Shown: positions 27,738-43,237, numbered from the stretch's first letter. The stretch: 64,000 nucleotides of DNA from Escherichia coli O157:H7 (GCF_013167455.1 NZ_CP038328.1); one strand, 5' to 3'. The notes: a model not told the origin generated them from the sequence alone. Translations and numbers: made by a program.

Positions 27738-29822
27738 ATGGAAAGCAAACGTCTGGATAATGCCGCGCTGGCGGCGGGGATTAGCCCTCATTACATCAAT
27801 GCCCACGGTAAACCGCAGTCGATTAGCGCCGAAACCAAACGGCGTTTGCTTGACGCGATGCATCAACGTACCGCCACGAAAGTGGCGGTAACGCCAGTCC
27901 CGAATGTCATGGTTTATACCAGCGGCAAAAAAATGCCGATGGTGGTGGAGGGCAGCGGCGAATATAGCTGGCTGCTGACCACCGAAGAAGGAACGCAGTA
28001 CAAAGGCCATATAACGGGGGGCAAAGCGTTCAATCTACCGACGAAGCTGCCGGAAGGTTATCACACGCTGACGCTTACCCAGGAAGACCAGCGCGGGCAT
28101 TGCAGGGTGATTGTCGCCCCGAAACGCTGTTACGAACCGCAGGCGTTGCTGAATAAACAAAAGCTGTGGGGTGCCTGCGTCCAGCTTTATACGCTGCGAT
28201 CGGAAAAAAACTGGGGTATTGGGGATTTTGGCGATCTCAAAGCGATGCTAGTGGATGTGGCAAAACGTGGCGGATCGTTCATTGGTCTGAACCCGATTCA
28301 TGCGCTCTATCCGGCAAATCCGGAGAGCGCCAGCCCGTATAGCCCGTCTTCTCGCCGCTGGCTGAATGTGATTTATATCGACGTTAACGCCGTCGAAGAT
28401 TTCCATCTTAGCGAAGAGGCTCAGGCCTGGTGGCAGTTGCCGACCACGCAACAGACGCTGCAACAGGCGCGGGATGCCGACTGGGTCGATTACTCCACGG
28501 TTACCGCCCTAAAAATGACAGCATTACGAATGGCGTGGAAAGGTTTCGCGCAACGTGATGATGAGCAGATGGCCGCGTTTCGCCAGTTTGTTGCAGATCA
28601 AGGCGACAGCCTGTTCTGGCAGGCAGCCTTTGATGCGCTACATGCCCAGCAAGTGAAAGAGGACGAAATGCGCTGGGGCTGGCCTGCATGGCCAGAGATG
28701 TATCAGAACGTGGATTCACCAGAAGTGCGTCAGTTCTGCGAAGAACATCGCGATGACGTTGATTTTTATCTCTGGTTGCAGTGGCAGGCTTACAGCCAGT
28801 TTGCCGCCTGCTGGGAGATAAGCCAGGGCTATGAAATGCCGATTGGCTTGTATCGTGATCTGGCGGTTGGCGTAGCGGAAGGTGGGGCGGAAACCTGGTG
28901 CGACCGTGAACTGTATTGCCTGAAAGCGTCGGTTGGCGCGCCGCCGGATATCCTCGGCCCGTTGGGGCAGAACTGGGGATTGCCGCCAATGGACCCGCAT
29001 ATCATCACCGCGCGTGCTTATGAACCGTTTATCGAGCTGTTGCGTGCCAATATGCAAAACTGCGGCGCATTACGAATTGACCATGTGATGTCGATGCTGC
29101 GTTTGTGGTGGATACCGTATGGCGAGACGGCAGATCAGGGCGCGTATGTTCACTATCCGGTGGATGATCTGCTCTCGATTCTGGCACTCGAAAGTAAACG
29201 TCATCGCTGTATGGTGATTGGTGAAGATCTCGGTACCGTACCGGTAGAGATTGTCGGTAAGCTGCGCAGCAGCGGTGTGTACTCCTACAAAGTGCTCTAT
29301 TTCGAAAACGACCACGAGAAGACGTTCCGTGCACCGAAAGCGTATCCGGAGCAGTCGATGGCGGTTGCGGCGACACATGACCTGCCTACGCTACGCGGCT
29401 ACTGGGAGAGCGGGGATCTAACGCTGGGCAAAACCCTGGGGCTGTATCCGGATGAAGTGGTACTGCGCGGTCTGTATCAGGATCGCGAACTGGCGAAGCA
29501 AGGGCTGCTGGATGCACTGCATAAATATGGTTGTCTGCCAAAACGTGCCGGGCATAAGGCATCGTTGATGTCGATGACGCCGACGCTTAATCGTGGTTTG
29601 CAGCGCTACATTGCCGACAGTAACAGTGCTCTGTTAGGACTACAGCCGGAAGACTGGCTGGATATGGCCGAACCGGTGAATATTCCTGGCACCAGTTACC
29701 AGTATAAAAACTGGCGACGCAAGCTTTCCGCAACGCTTGAGACGATGTTTGCCGATGATGGCGTGAACAAGTTGCTGAAGGATTTGGACAGACGGCGCAG
29801 AGCTGCAGCGAAGAAGAAGTAG
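27738..29822 (+). CDS. malQ: 4-alpha-glucanotransferase (amylomaltase)
   Basis: 694-aa ORF, MESKRLDNAALAAGISPHYINAHGKPQ... Confidence 0.97.
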   Translation: MESKRLDNAALAAGISPHYINAHGKPQSISAETKRRLLDAMHQRTATKVAVTPVPNVMVYTSGKKMPMVVEGSGEYSWLLTTEEGTQYKGHITGGKAFNLPTKLPEGYHTLTLTQEDQRGHCRVIVAPKRCYEPQALLNKQKLWGACVQLYTLRSEKNWGIGDFGDLKAMLVDVAKRGGSFIGLNPIHALYPANPESASPYSPSSRRWLNVIYIDVNAVEDFHLSEEAQAWWQLPTTQQTLQQARDADWVDYSTVTALKMTALRMAWKGFAQRDDEQMAAFRQFVADQGDSLFWQAAFDALHAQQVKEDEMRWGWPAWPEMYQNVDSPEVRQFCEEHRDDVDFYLWLQWQAYSQFAACWEISQGYEMPIGLYRDLAVGVAEGGAETWCDRELYCLKASVGAPPDILGPLGQNWGLPPMDPHIITARAYEPFIELLRANMQNCGALRIDHVMSMLRLWWIPYGETADQGAYVHYPVDDLLSILALESKRHRCMVIGEDLGTVPVEIVGKLRSSGVYSYKVLYFENDHEKTFRAPKAYPEQSMAVAATHDLPTLRGYWESGDLTLGKTLGLYPDEVVLRGLYQDRELAKQGLLDALHKYGCLPKRAGHKASLMSMTPTLNRGLQRYIADSNSALLGLQPEDWLDMAEPVNIPGTSYQYKNWRRKLSATLETMFADDGVNKLLKDLDRRRRAAAKKK

Positions 29823-29834
29823 AGTGCGGTTGAT

Positions 29835-29855
29835 GCCGGATGCGATGCATCCGGC
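29835..29855. terminator. palindrome between convergent malQ and gntT (likely bidirectional terminator / REP-like)
   Basis: gccggatgc-gat-gcatccggc, a perfect 9-bp inverted repeat. Confidence 0.55.
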
Positions 29856-29866
29856 AGTCAGTGTTA

Positions 29867-31183
29867 TCAAATCACCATATTCAGCAGCAGACAGCCTACC
29901 AGACCGCACACCGAGATAATGGTTTCCAGCATCGACCAGGATTTGATGGTCTCGCCGATAGTCAGGTTAAAGTACTCTTTGAACAGCCAGAAGCCCGGAT
30001 CGTTCACATGAGAGAAAATCACACTACCGGAACCCACCGCAATAACCATCAGCTCCGGGCTAACACCCGTCGTTGCAATCAGCGGTGCCGCGATACCACC
30101 CGCAGTGATTGCCGCAACGGTTGCGGAACCCAGCGCGATACGCAGTACGGCAGCAATCGACCAGGCCATCAGCAGCGGAGAAATGTTGGTTTCGTGCATC
30201 ATGGAAGCAATGTATTTGTCCACGCCGCTGTCTACCAGCACCTGCTTGAACGCACCGCCACCACCGATGATCAACAGCATCATCGCAATGATTTTGATGG
30301 AAGAAACCAGCGTGTCGTTAATCTGATCCATTGAACGACCACGGTTCAGACCAAAGGTGAACATCGCAATCAGCACGGCAATCAGCGTAGCCATTACCGG
30401 GTCACCGAGGAACTCCGCTACCGGCAGGAAAGCGTGACCTTTCGGCAGGATCATTTCGGCAATCGCACGCATCGCCATCAGTACTACCGGCACCAGAGAG
30501 GTCCAGACGCTGACGCCAAAGCTCGGCATCTCTTCTTCGCTGAAGGTTTTCGCGCTGTAGAGACCTTCCGGAATTGGCTTATCGATACCTTTCAACACGC
30601 GAGCGTAAACCGGACCGGCGAGAATCACGGTCGGGATTGCCAGAATAGTACCGTACAGCAGGGTTTTACCCATATCGGCATTGAAAATGGTGGCAATCGC
30701 AGTCGGACCCGGATGCGGTGGCAGGAAGCCGTGGGTCACAGACAGTGCAGCTGCCATTGGTACACCAACATACAGCAGTGGAATATTCGCAGAAGCCGCG
30801 ATGGTAAACACCAGCGGCAGCATCAGCACAAAGCCCACTTCATAGAACAGGGCAAAACCAACGGTAAAACCGGTCAGTACCACCGCCCACTGGATGTGTT
30901 TTTTACCAAATTTGGCAATCAGCGTGGTGGCGATACGTTGTGCGCCACCGCAGTCTGCCAGCATTTTGCCCAGCATTGCGCCAAAACCCATGATCAGGGC
31001 AAGGCTACCGAGCGTCCCGCCGACACCGGCTTTGATGGAGCCAATAACTTTATCCAGCGGCATCCCTTGCATTAATCCAACCGCAAGCGCCACGAGGACG
31101 AGAGCGATGAAGCCGTTCATTTTGAAGCGGATCATCAGGAGTAATAACAAGATTACACCGATAGCAACAATGACTAATGGCAT
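29867..31183 (-). CDS. gntT: high-affinity gluconate:H+ symporter
   Basis: 438-aa ORF, MPLVIVAIGVILLLLLMIRFKMNGFIALV..., GntP family. Confidence 0.96.
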   Translation of the reverse strand: MPLVIVAIGVILLLLLMIRFKMNGFIALVLVALAVGLMQGMPLDKVIGSIKAGVGGTLGSLALIMGFGAMLGKMLADCGGAQRIATTLIAKFGKKHIQWAVVLTGFTVGFALFYEVGFVLMLPLVFTIAASANIPLLYVGVPMAAALSVTHGFLPPHPGPTAIATIFNADMGKTLLYGTILAIPTVILAGPVYARVLKGIDKPIPEGLYSAKTFSEEEMPSFGVSVWTSLVPVVLMAMRAIAEMILPKGHAFLPVAEFLGDPVMATLIAVLIAMFTFGLNRGRSMDQINDTLVSSIKIIAMMLLIIGGGGAFKQVLVDSGVDKYIASMMHETNISPLLMAWSIAAVLRIALGSATVAAITAGGIAAPLIATTGVSPELMVIAVGSGSVIFSHVNDPGFWLFKEYFNLTIGETIKSWSMLETIISVCGLVGCLLLNMVI

Positions 31184-31343
31184 GATTTACCTGGCCTTTC
31201 ATTTGTTATGGGTAACGTCAATTTTCTGACGACAAGCTCTAATTATCCCAATCGGGAACAGAGATATTGCGGCACCACGACTGATACCCACTAAAACTAA
31301 TTATTGTAGTCAGATGTCAGGAGTATGTTTGGTACCCACGTGA

Positions 31344-31359
31344 ATGATACGGGTAACAT
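31344..31359 (-). promoter_or_regulatory. GntR operator-like palindrome upstream of gntT
   Basis: On the gntT strand ATGTTACCCGTATCAT, versus the GntR consensus ATGTTA-N4-TAACAT (one mismatch). Confidence 0.45.
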
Positions 31360-31485
31360 CTGGCGTTTGAGAATCACCAGAGCGGGGTAAATTTAAATTA
31401 TGAGAGGTTGGTCATATTATCGCGGGGAAACGAAGGGAGGGATTTGCCAAAGCAATGCTGCGCCAACGTCTGGCACATGTTCAAC

Positions 31486-31543
<58 letters not shown>

Positions 31544-32119
31544 TTAGTAGTAGGAGTGTTCGCCGCGCTGGTGTTCGGTGAGATCGCGCACACCTTTCAG
31601 CTCCGGGAATTCGTTTAGTAGCTGCTTCTCGATCCCTTCTTTCAGCGTCACATCGACCATGGAACAACCGTTACAGCCGCCGCCAAATTGCAGAATGGCG
31701 TAACCGTCTTCGGTGATTTCCATCAGTGAAACGCGGCCACCGTGACCAGCAAGCTGTGGGTTGATCTGCGACTGCAGCATATACTCCACGCGCTCCATCA
31801 GTGGTGCATCGTCTGCCACTTTACGCATTTTGGCGTTAGGCGCTTTCAGTGTTAGCTGAGAACCCAACTGGTCGGTAACAAAATCGATCTCTGCATCTTC
31901 CAGGTATGGTGCGCTTAACTCATCAACATACGCGGTCAGCAGGTCAAATTTCAGGGCGGTGTCGGTGGCTTCCACGGCATCCGGCGGACAATAAGAAACA
32001 CCACATTCAGCGTTAGGCGTGCCAGGGTTAATCACAAATACGCGGATTTGTGTCCCTTCTTCCTGATTTGCCAGCAGTTTGGCAAAGTGCGCTTGTGCAG
32101 CATCGGAAATACGGATCAT
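31544..32119 (-). CDS. nfuA: Fe-S cluster carrier protein NfuA
   Basis: 191-aa [32 protein letters not shown]..., C-terminal CxxC Nfu domain. Confidence 0.96.
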
Positions 32120-32177
32120 AGTAATGGCCTAATAGTTGACTATTTTAGTTGGTTATAATACGCCCATCATCGAGGCT

Positions 32178-33669
<1,492 letters not shown>

Positions 33670-33695
33670 GCACTTTTGAATGGCGAGACAGAACT

Positions 33696-34574
33696 TTACT
33701 GACTCGCCGCAGCCAACTCTTCTTCTGACAGCCCGGTAAAGCGCATGATGTCTGCAAGAGGGACTCCGGATTCAAGCATTATTTTGGCTATATGCAGGGC
33801 TTTGGATTGTTCCCCCTCCTGCCGCAATCTTTCCGCAATAGTCATTAAACTCTCCTTGTGTTTCGGTGATCGTTCGGCAACGCCGTCGATAAAATCGTTA
33901 AAACGTACCGCATCGCCGGTTTGCAGTATGTAATTAAACAGCCCTTTGATTTGTCTGTCATTAGCGTATCCACTACTTAATAAGCAGGCCATTTGCTCTA
34001 CCAGCCCCATCAGGTCGCGTTGACGAATATGTTTTTGAATTAACTCCAGCAGCGTCATGCGTCGGTGCTGCATGATTTCATCATCAGGCATGACGGTGAT
34101 ATCAATCAGCGGAAATGCGGAGGCATAAAGCTGCCTTGCCAGTTTGGGATCGGCGAAACAATCCAGCCAACACAGCGAATAGGGATAGGGGCTTTCAATA
34201 CCGTGGTAAAACAACAATGGCACCACCATCGGCAACGTTTTGTATCCGGCATCAAGGTGATTTTGCATTGCGGCAATAGCGTAACGCATCATGCGAAATG
34301 CGATCAGTTTGTTTGAGGTGCTTTGATGTTCAATCAGACAATAGATGTATCCTGGTCCTTGTTCTGTTTTCACCGACCACAGCACATCGGAATAGCTTTC
34401 ACGCAGATCGTCATCAATAAAGCTGCTCGACTCCAGCTTGAGGGTTTTCATATCACAGAGCGCGTGAATGGGTGCTGGTAAATGAAACGCAAGAAAATCG
34501 CGTGCCGTCTCCGGTTGGCGTAAAAAGAGTTTGAACAGCGCATCGTGTGGGGTGGAACTCTGCTTTTTGCTCAT
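33696..34574 (-). CDS. rpnA: recombination-promoting nuclease RpnA (YhgA; PD-(D/E)XK, transposase_31-like)
   Basis: 292-aa [36 protein letters not shown]..., matches the YhgA/Rpn family. Confidence 0.9.
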   Translation of the reverse strand: MSKKQSSTPHDALFKLFLRQPETARDFLAFHLPAPIHALCDMKTLKLESSSFIDDDLRESYSDVLWSVKTEQGPGYIYCLIEHQSTSNKLIAFRMMRYAIAAMQNHLDAGYKTLPMVVPLLFYHGIESPYPYSLCWLDCFADPKLARQLYASAFPLIDITVMPDDEIMQHRRMTLLELIQKHIRQRDLMGLVEQMACLLSSGYANDRQIKGLFNYILQTGDAVRFNDFIDGVAERSPKHKESLMTIAERLRQEGEQSKALHIAKIMLESGVPLADIMRFTGLSEEELAAASQ

Positions 34575-34720
34575 GGCGTTCCTTCACCTGTTGTTTGAAT
34601 GCCGCGACTCTACGCGCCACTCCACACCTGTGCATTAGCCAGTTTTCATCCCTGCGAGACGCTTTCAGAGGAACTTACGTCGCGCTGCAAGAATTGCATT
34701 TTTATGGAAAGCCGCACGCA

Positions 34721-34754
34721 AAAAAGCCCGGATGCAAACGCATACCGGGCTTTT
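34721..34754 (-). terminator. rho-independent terminator of feoABC (bidirectional hairpin)
   Basis: aaaaa-GCCCGG-loop-CCGGGC-tttt; on the minus strand the hairpin is followed by TTTTT directly after the feoC stop. Confidence 0.75.
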
Positions 34755-34776
34755 CAAAACAGGCGATGGAGTATGG

Positions 34777-35013
34777 TTAACGCAGCGCCCACCACTCGCG
34801 CAGACAGGCTTTTCCTTCCGGGCAGCTTTTACAACTGCCGGAGAGGCAGCCGTCAGGTTCTTCCTGAATCCGCACGGCTTTGCCCATACTTTCCAGTTGT
34901 TGCAGCATGGCGTTAATCATTGGCTGTGGAGTGTTCAATGTCTGGCTTATCTGGGCCGCTTCCATACGGCCCCGTAACGCCAGCAAATCACGCACCTGAA
35001 TAAGTGAAGCCAT
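34777..35013 (-). CDS. feoC: ferrous iron transport protein C (putative [Fe-S] transcriptional regulator)
   Basis: 78 aa, [39 protein letters not shown]...; start trimmed from ORF-track 35022. Confidence 0.9.
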   Translation of the reverse strand: MASLIQVRDLLALRGRMEAAQISQTLNTPQPMINAMLQQLESMGKAVRIQEEPDGCLSGSCKSCPEGKACLREWWALR

Positions 35014-37334
35014 TAATGGCAATCACCGGTGGTGCTGGCTGCGCAGCAACTACTTACCGACTTGCGGGTTGCCAGCAGTTCGATATCCACCCGGCTACGC
35101 GCGCGGCGCAGCAGACCGATAACCACGATGTTAAACAGGATAACCGCCAGAATGCACACCAGGCTGTAAGTTGGGTGCTGACTGTAGCTGGCGACTTGAT
35201 AGAACAATGTTGCCAGTGAGTAAGCGATATTCAGCCCCCACAGGATGGAGAAGCCCATCCAGCCACGGCTTGATTCACGGGCGATGGCTCCCATCACCGA
35301 GATACATGGTACATACAGCAGGACGAAAATCAGGTAGCTGTATGCGGCAGCTGCGCTACCGAATTTCTGATCCATCACGCCCATCGCCCCGGTACCCATT
35401 TCGCCGTCGCCTTTGCTAGCTTCAATGGGGTTCATCAGTACGCTAAGGCTGAAGGTGTCTTTCAGGCTCTGCCAGGTTTCATCTACCGCGCTGAACAACT
35501 CTTCACCGAGGTTAAATTCCGCCGGATTGAACTCTTCGTCCTGAATATTTTCTGCGGTGTAGAGGGTGTTGAGCGTACCCACCACCACTTCTTTCGCCAT
35601 TGCACCCGTAAACAGGCCAACTGTTGCCTGCCAGTTATCTTCATGCACGCCAATCGGCTTGAAGACCGGGGTGATCACCCGGCTGACGGAAGCCAGCGCC
35701 GAGTCGTTGATGTTATCGACGATTTTCCCGCTCAACGAGAAGCTGTTGAAAGCGCTCAGGAAAATGCTGACGATGATAATCACTTTACCAGCACGCAGAA
35801 CGAAGCCTTTCAGACGCTGCCAGGTCTGGATAATCAGGCTTTTAACGTGTGGTACATGGTAGACCGGCAGCTCCATGACAAACGGCGTCGCTTCACCGCG
35901 CATGATGGTGTACTTGAGCATCAGGCCAGTCAGCACCGCCATCACGATACCGAGCATATACAGCGAGAAGACCGCCAGCGCACCGTTCTGCCCGAAGAAG
36001 GCAGCCGCGAATACTGCGAAGATAGCCAGACGCGCGCCGCAGGACATAAACGGTGCCATCATGATGGTCATCAGACGTTCACGCGGTGCATCAAGCGTAC
36101 GTGCACCCATTACCGACGGTACGTTACAACCGAAACCGACGATCAGCGGCACAAAGGATTTCCCCGGCAAGCCCAGCGCCTGCATCAGGCGGTCCATCAC
36201 AAACGCCGCACGCGCCATATAGCCGGAGTCCTCAAGGAAGGAGAGGAACAGGTACATCATGCCGATCTGCGGCACCAGTGGCAGCACGGTGTTAATACCG
36301 CCACCCAGGCCCTGGGCGAGGAAGATAGTCAGCCAGTCCGGGAAGTGGAGCGTGTAGCCAATCCATTGAATACCATGCACAAATAGAGCCACGGAGCCGA
36401 CGTCAAACAGCGGCTGTAACGCCCCGCCGATGTTGATAGCCAGCAGGAACATCAGGTACATCACAAAGAGGAAAATCGGCAGACCGAGGAAACGGTTGAG
36501 CACGATTTTATCTACCGCAGTGGTGAAACGGCTGGGTTCTGCCGTCAGGGTGTTGCTTACCACATCACAGATGGCAGCAATGCACTGGTAACGCGCATCG
36601 GCAATGTGCAGCGCCGGATCGTCCATCTCATTACGCAGACGGGCGAGGGCGGCATCAAGATGCTGCGACGCTTCACCGGCGTAGGCGCGGCTGTAGATAT
36701 CGCCTTCCAGCATTTGCAGGCCCAGCCAGCGACGTTGTTTCAGCGGGATGTCGGAAGGCATCACTTTTGCCAGTGAATCTGCTTCGTTGAGTAGCGGCTG
36801 TGCGTAATGCACCAGTTCCACATTCTCGTTAGCTTTATAGCGATCAATCGCCAGCTTGAGCGCTTCAATACCGCGACCACGGGTTGAAACCAGCGGGATC
36901 ACTGGGCAGCCAAGACGCGCCGACAGAGCATCAATTTCAATACGAATATTTTGCTTCTCGGCAATGTCGAGCATGTTCAGTGCCACGATGCAGGGAATGC
37001 CGAGTTCCAGCAGTTGTAGCGTCAGGTACAGGTTACGCTCAAGGTTAGACGCATCCACCACGTTAATCAGCAGGTCGGCGTCGCCACTCAAAATGTAGTG
37101 ACAGGCGATTTGCTCATCGAGCGAGGTCTGCGATGAGATGGTGGTCAGAGAATAGGTGCCGGGCAGGTCCACCAGCGTGACCTGATGATCGGTGGTGGAG
37201 AATTGCCCTTCTTTACGTTCGACGGTAACGCCAGCCCAGTTACCTACACGCTGACGTGCGCCAGTGAGCTGGTTAAATAAGGTTGTCTTGCCAGAATTTG
37301 GATTACCAATTAAGCCTATGGTTAATTTTTTCAT
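35013..37334 (-). CDS. feoB: ferrous iron transporter, GTPase-coupled permease
   Basis: 773 aa, [25 protein letters not shown]... (G-protein domain plus polytopic membrane domain); start trimmed from 37346. Confidence 0.96.
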   Translation of the reverse strand: MKKLTIGLIGNPNSGKTTLFNQLTGARQRVGNWAGVTVERKEGQFSTTDHQVTLVDLPGTYSLTTISSQTSLDEQIACHYILSGDADLLINVVDASNLERNLYLTLQLLELGIPCIVALNMLDIAEKQNIRIEIDALSARLGCPVIPLVSTRGRGIEALKLAIDRYKANENVELVHYAQPLLNEADSLAKVMPSDIPLKQRRWLGLQMLEGDIYSRAYAGEASQHLDAALARLRNEMDDPALHIADARYQCIAAICDVVSNTLTAEPSRFTTAVDKIVLNRFLGLPIFLFVMYLMFLLAINIGGALQPLFDVGSVALFVHGIQWIGYTLHFPDWLTIFLAQGLGGGINTVLPLVPQIGMMYLFLSFLEDSGYMARAAFVMDRLMQALGLPGKSFVPLIVGFGCNVPSVMGARTLDAPRERLMTIMMAPFMSCGARLAIFAVFAAAFFGQNGALAVFSLYMLGIVMAVLTGLMLKYTIMRGEATPFVMELPVYHVPHVKSLIIQTWQRLKGFVLRAGKVIIIVSIFLSAFNSFSLSGKIVDNINDSALASVSRVITPVFKPIGVHEDNWQATVGLFTGAMAKEVVVGTLNTLYTAENIQDEEFNPAEFNLGEELFSAVDETWQSLKDTFSLSVLMNPIEASKGDGEMGTGAMGVMDQKFGSAAAAYSYLIFVLLYVPCISVMGAIARESSRGWMGFSILWGLNIAYSLATLFYQVASYSQHPTYSLVCILAVILFNIVVIGLLRRARSRVDIELLATRKSVSSCCAASTTGDCH

Positions 37335-37350
37335 TGTTGTTATCACCGTA

Positions 37351-37578
37351 TTAACAGGAAACCGCTTCCACTTCTAATAAGGCCAGATCTTTTTTGCGTA
37401 ATACCAGGCTCACACGACGGGTTTCGATATGAATGGGGTCGCCGAGTGGAGCGACGCGCACCACATTAAAAGAGGAGCCAGGTAACATGCCAAGAGAAAG
37501 CAGTTTTTGGCGATATGCCGGGCTGATTTCACGGGAAAAGCCAGTGATTTTCCACGCAGTATCTGGAGTGTATTGCAT
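37351..37578 (-). CDS. feoA: ferrous iron transport protein A
   Basis: 75-aa [37 protein letters not shown]... Confidence 0.95.
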   Translation of the reverse strand: MQYTPDTAWKITGFSREISPAYRQKLLSLGMLPGSSFNVVRVAPLGDPIHIETRRVSLVLRKKDLALLEVEAVSC

Positions 37579-37689
37579 AGGTGCCTACTTGTTTCTCATT
37601 AACTGGATAACTACCTCATGGGGCGTTTGACAGCGACATGAGACCAGATGATTTGCCAACGAAGGAGAGATTAAATAATCAATAGTACA

Positions 37690-37708
37690 ATGATAATGAG
37701 AATGGTTT
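37690..37708. promoter_or_regulatory. Fur box-like sequence upstream of feoABC
   Basis: acaATGATAATGAgAATggtt contains TGATAATGA, close to the Fur consensus core GATAATGATAATCATTATC; feo is known to be Fur-repressed. Confidence 0.5.
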
Positions 37709-37767
37709 CTATCAGCAATACTTAAAATGTGTGCGAATGTTGGTTTGAATAATAATCTGACTCAATG

Positions 37768-37781
37768 TTGATGTGGCTCAA
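37768..37781. promoter_or_regulatory. FNR-like site upstream of feoABC
   Basis: TTGAT-gtgg-CTCAA versus the FNR consensus TTGAT-N4-ATCAA. Confidence 0.4.
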
Positions 37782-37915
37782 GGTTATATCGCAGCGAAAA
37801 TATAATTCGAATAGCGAATTACCAGGACTGGCTAATGTTTAATTAAGGTTTCAGTTGTTAATGAAGTGATAAATATTAACGAAATATATTGTGAGTTTGG
37901 CTGTGGAATAAATAT

Positions 37916-37987
37916 GCCGGAGATATTCTCCGGCACTTTTATGTCAGGCAAGGCGTTCGTTGCCAGATGCGGCGTGAACGCCTTATC
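37916..37987. repeat. hairpin (gccggagatattctccggc) plus REP element downstream of tex
   Basis: Perfect inverted repeat at 37916-37934 followed by an AT-rich tract on the minus strand (likely tex terminator); REP-consensus sequence gccagatgcggcgtgaacgccttatc at 37962-37987. Confidence 0.6.
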
Positions 37988-38015
37988 GCGCAGGTTTAGG
38001 GGCCAGTCCGGGCGT

Positions 38016-40337
38016 TTAACGTTTTTTGCCCATTGCTGCCGCCAGCGCGTCCATCATCGCGCTGTTACCGGCAGGCTGCGCTTCACGACCGCGTGGTTTG
38101 GCTGCCGGGCGGTTGTTTTGCGGGCGATCGTTACCGCCGCCGCGACGAGAGTTGGTTTCGCCAGGCTGCTCGTCCAGACGCATAGTCAGGGCGATACGTT
38201 TACGCTGAAGATCCACTTCCAGCACTTTCACCTTCACAATGTCGCCCGCTTTCACCACGGTATGCGGATCTTCCACAAACTTGTTCGACAATGAAGAGAT
38301 GTGAACCAGGCCGTCCTGATGCACGCCGATATCGACAAACGCGCCAAAGTTGGTGACGTTGGTGACAGCGCCTTCGAGGATCATACCCGGTTGCAGGTCG
38401 TTCATTGTCTCGACGCCATCGGCAAACTGAGCGGTTTTAAATTCCGGACGCGGATCGCGACCCGGTTTTTCCAGCTCTTTGATGATGTCAGTTACTGTCG
38501 GCACACCGAATTTTTCATCAGTAAAGTCAGACGCTTTCAGGTTACGCAGTTCGCTGCTGTTACCCATCAGATCTTTCAGTGCCTGCTGTGTTGCTGCCAG
38601 AATGCGTTCCACCACCGGATAGGCTTCCGGGTGAACGGTAGAGGCGTCCAGCGGGTTGTCACCGTGGTTAATGCGCAGGAAGCCCGCGCACTGCTCGAAG
38701 GCTTTCGGCCCCAGACGGCTGACTTTCAGCAGTTGCTGACGGTTCTGGAACTGGCCGTTCTCATCGCGCCAGGCCACGATGTTTTGCGCCATCATTCGCG
38801 TCAGGCCCGCCACGCGAGTTAATAGCGGAACAGAAGCGGTGTTGAGATCGACGCCAACGGCGTTTACGCAGTCTTCTACTACTGCATCCAGTTTGCGGGC
38901 CAGTTGCGTCTGGCTGACGTCATGCTGATACTGACCTACGCCGATAGATTTCGGATCGATTTTCACCAGCTCCGCCAGCGGATCCTGCAAACGGCGGGCG
39001 ATAGAAACCGCGCCACGCAGCGAAACGTCGAGATCCGGGAACTCCTGCGCTGCCAGCTCGGAAGCCGAGTAAACCGACGCGCCAGCTTCGCTGACGATCA
39101 CTTTCTGTGCGGTCACTTTCGGGAACTGCTTCTGCACGTCGAGATAGAAACGTTCGGTTTCGCGGGAAGCTGTACCGTTGCCGATCGCCACCAGTTCAAC
39201 GTTATGCTTTTCACACAGCGCAGCAACAGTCATCGCTGCTTTTGCGGCTTGTCCGGTGTGCGGGTAAATGGTATCGGTCGCTACCAGTTTGCCAGTGGCA
39301 TCGACCACCGCCACTTTTACCCCGGTACGCAGACCCGGATCGAGGCCCATCGTTGCACGCAGTCCGGCAGGGGCAGCCATCAGCAGATCGTGCAGGTTAC
39401 GGGCAAAGACGTTGATTGCTTCATTTTCCGCACGTTCGCGCACGGTGCCCATCAGTTCGGTTTCCAGATGCATCAGCACCTTGATGCGCCACGTCCAGCT
39501 CACCACGCCTTTGCGCCAGCTATCCGCCGGGGCATTGTTCAGGCGCAGGCCAAGGTGATCCATGATGATTTGCTCGCAATAGCTCTCTTTGGGCGGCTCA
39601 TCGAACTGTGGATCGGCATTCAGCGAAAGCTGAAGTACGCCTTCGTTACGCCCACGGAACATCGCCAGCGCGCGGTGAGAAGGCACCGTGGACAACGGTT
39701 CGTGATGATCGAAATAGTCGCGGAATTTCGCCCCTTCCTCTTCTTTACCGCTCACCACCGTAGAAACCAAATGCGCGTTCTTCCACAGATAATCACGCAC
39801 TTTCGCCAGCAGCGCGGCATCTTCGGCAAACCGTTCCATCAGGATATAGCGCGCGCCGTCCAGCGCGGCTTTGGTATCTGCCACGCCTTTATCGGCATCA
39901 ATATATTGCGCAGCGGCGACTTCTGGCGTGTGTGACGGATCGCTCCACAGCAGGTCAGCCAACGGCTCAAGCCCTGCTTCAATGGCGATTTGCCCGCGGG
40001 TGCGGCGTTTAGGTTTGTAGGGCAGGTAGAGGTCTTCGAGTTCGGTTTTGCTTAGGGTGGCGTTGATGGCATTCGCCAGATCATCGGTGAGTTTGCCTTG
40101 CTCGGAAATGGACTTGAGGATCGCCTGACGTCTCTCTTCCAGCTCGCGCAGGTATCCCAGACGCGTTTCCAGATTACGCAGCTGCGTGTCATCCAGACCG
40201 CCGGTGATTTCCTTACGATAACGTGCAATAAAAGGCACGGTATTCCCTTCGTCAAGCAGGCGAACGGCAGCGTCAACCTGTTCCGGGCGCGCCTGAATTT
40301 CACCCGCAATAATGCGGCAGAACGAATCATTCATCAT
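38016..40337 (-). CDS. tex: transcription accessory protein Tex (YhgF), S1 and YqgF/RNase H-like domains
   Basis: 773-aa [46 protein letters not shown]... Confidence 0.95.
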   Translation of the reverse strand: MMNDSFCRIIAGEIQARPEQVDAAVRLLDEGNTVPFIARYRKEITGGLDDTQLRNLETRLGYLRELEERRQAILKSISEQGKLTDDLANAINATLSKTELEDLYLPYKPKRRTRGQIAIEAGLEPLADLLWSDPSHTPEVAAAQYIDADKGVADTKAALDGARYILMERFAEDAALLAKVRDYLWKNAHLVSTVVSGKEEEGAKFRDYFDHHEPLSTVPSHRALAMFRGRNEGVLQLSLNADPQFDEPPKESYCEQIIMDHLGLRLNNAPADSWRKGVVSWTWRIKVLMHLETELMGTVRERAENEAINVFARNLHDLLMAAPAGLRATMGLDPGLRTGVKVAVVDATGKLVATDTIYPHTGQAAKAAMTVAALCEKHNVELVAIGNGTASRETERFYLDVQKQFPKVTAQKVIVSEAGASVYSASELAAQEFPDLDVSLRGAVSIARRLQDPLAELVKIDPKSIGVGQYQHDVSQTQLARKLDAVVEDCVNAVGVDLNTASVPLLTRVAGLTRMMAQNIVAWRDENGQFQNRQQLLKVSRLGPKAFEQCAGFLRINHGDNPLDASTVHPEAYPVVERILAATQQALKDLMGNSSELRNLKASDFTDEKFGVPTVTDIIKELEKPGRDPRPEFKTAQFADGVETMNDLQPGMILEGAVTNVTNFGAFVDIGVHQDGLVHISSLSNKFVEDPHTVVKAGDIVKVKVLEVDLQRKRIALTMRLDEQPGETNSRRGGGNDRPQNNRPAAKPRGREAQPAGNSAMMDALAAAMGKKR

Positions 40338-40433
40338 GGTTTGAGTTCATCTTTTCGGATCAAAAATCAGGGGATAGTTATACGGACTGGCTGGCAAAAA
40401 TGCCAGCCATCGGCAGGAGGTTAAGACTCTTCC

Positions 40434-40910
40434 TTACGGTTTCACGTACTCGATAGCATTAACATACCAGCTCGCTTCCCCGGCAGGAGTATTCACCACA
40501 GCCAGATCGCCGACTTCTTTTTTCAGCAATGCGCGGGCCATCGGGGAATCGATAGAGATGTAATCTTTACGGCCAAAAATTTCATCGTAGCCGACAATAC
40601 GGAAACGGTGAGTCACGCCATCGTCGTTTTCAATCTCCACCCACGCGCCAAAAAAGACTTTGCCTTCCTGCTGCGGGGAGTAATCGACGATTTTGAGATT
40701 TTCCATGCATTTAGTGAGATAGCGCACGCGACGGTCGATTTCACGCAGGCGCTTTTTATTATACTGATAGTCAGCATTTTCGCTGCGGTCGCCCAGACTT
40801 GCGGCCCAGGTCACCTTTTTTGTGACCTCCGGGCGTTCTTCACGCCAGAGATAATTAAGCTCTTGTTTGAGTTTTTCATACCCTTCCCGGGTAACCAGGG
40901 GCGTTTTCAT
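40434..40910 (-). CDS. greB: transcription elongation factor GreB
   Basis: 158 aa, MKTPLVTREGYEKLKQELNYLWREERPEVTKKV...; start trimmed from ORF-track 40946. Confidence 0.95.
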   Translation of the reverse strand: MKTPLVTREGYEKLKQELNYLWREERPEVTKKVTWAASLGDRSENADYQYNKKRLREIDRRVRYLTKCMENLKIVDYSPQQEGKVFFGAWVEIENDDGVTHRFRIVGYDEIFGRKDYISIDSPMARALLKKEVGDLAVVNTPAGEASWYVNAIEYVKP

Positions 40911-41137
40911 CTCGTTGATTCCCTTTGTCTGTTTGATAATGCGCACATTGGGTATAACGTGATCATATCAACAGAATCAATAATGTTTCGCCGAATAAAT
41001 TGTATACTTAAGCTGCTGTTTAATATGCTTTGTAACAATTTAGGCTGAAATTCATACCAGATTTAGCTGGTGACGAACGTGAGCTTTTTTAAGAATACAC
41101 GCTTACAAATTGTTGCGAACCTTTGGGAGTACAAACA

Positions 41138-43206
<2,069 letters not shown>

Positions 43207-43210
43207 ATAA

Positions 43211-43237
43211 ACGGGAGGCGAAGGTGCCTCCCGTTTT
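43211..43237. terminator. bidirectional rho-independent terminator between envZ and pck
   Basis: Perfect 9-bp stem acgggaggc / gcctcccgt, loop gaaggt, T-tract on the plus strand and a T-rich tract on the minus strand. Confidence 0.8.

Noticed and set aside
35643-36386. 247-aa plus-strand ORF inside feoB
   Set aside because: Antisense to feoB; no support.
38904-39935. 343-aa plus-strand ORF inside tex
   Set aside because: Antisense shadow ORF in a high-GC gene; composition-driven.
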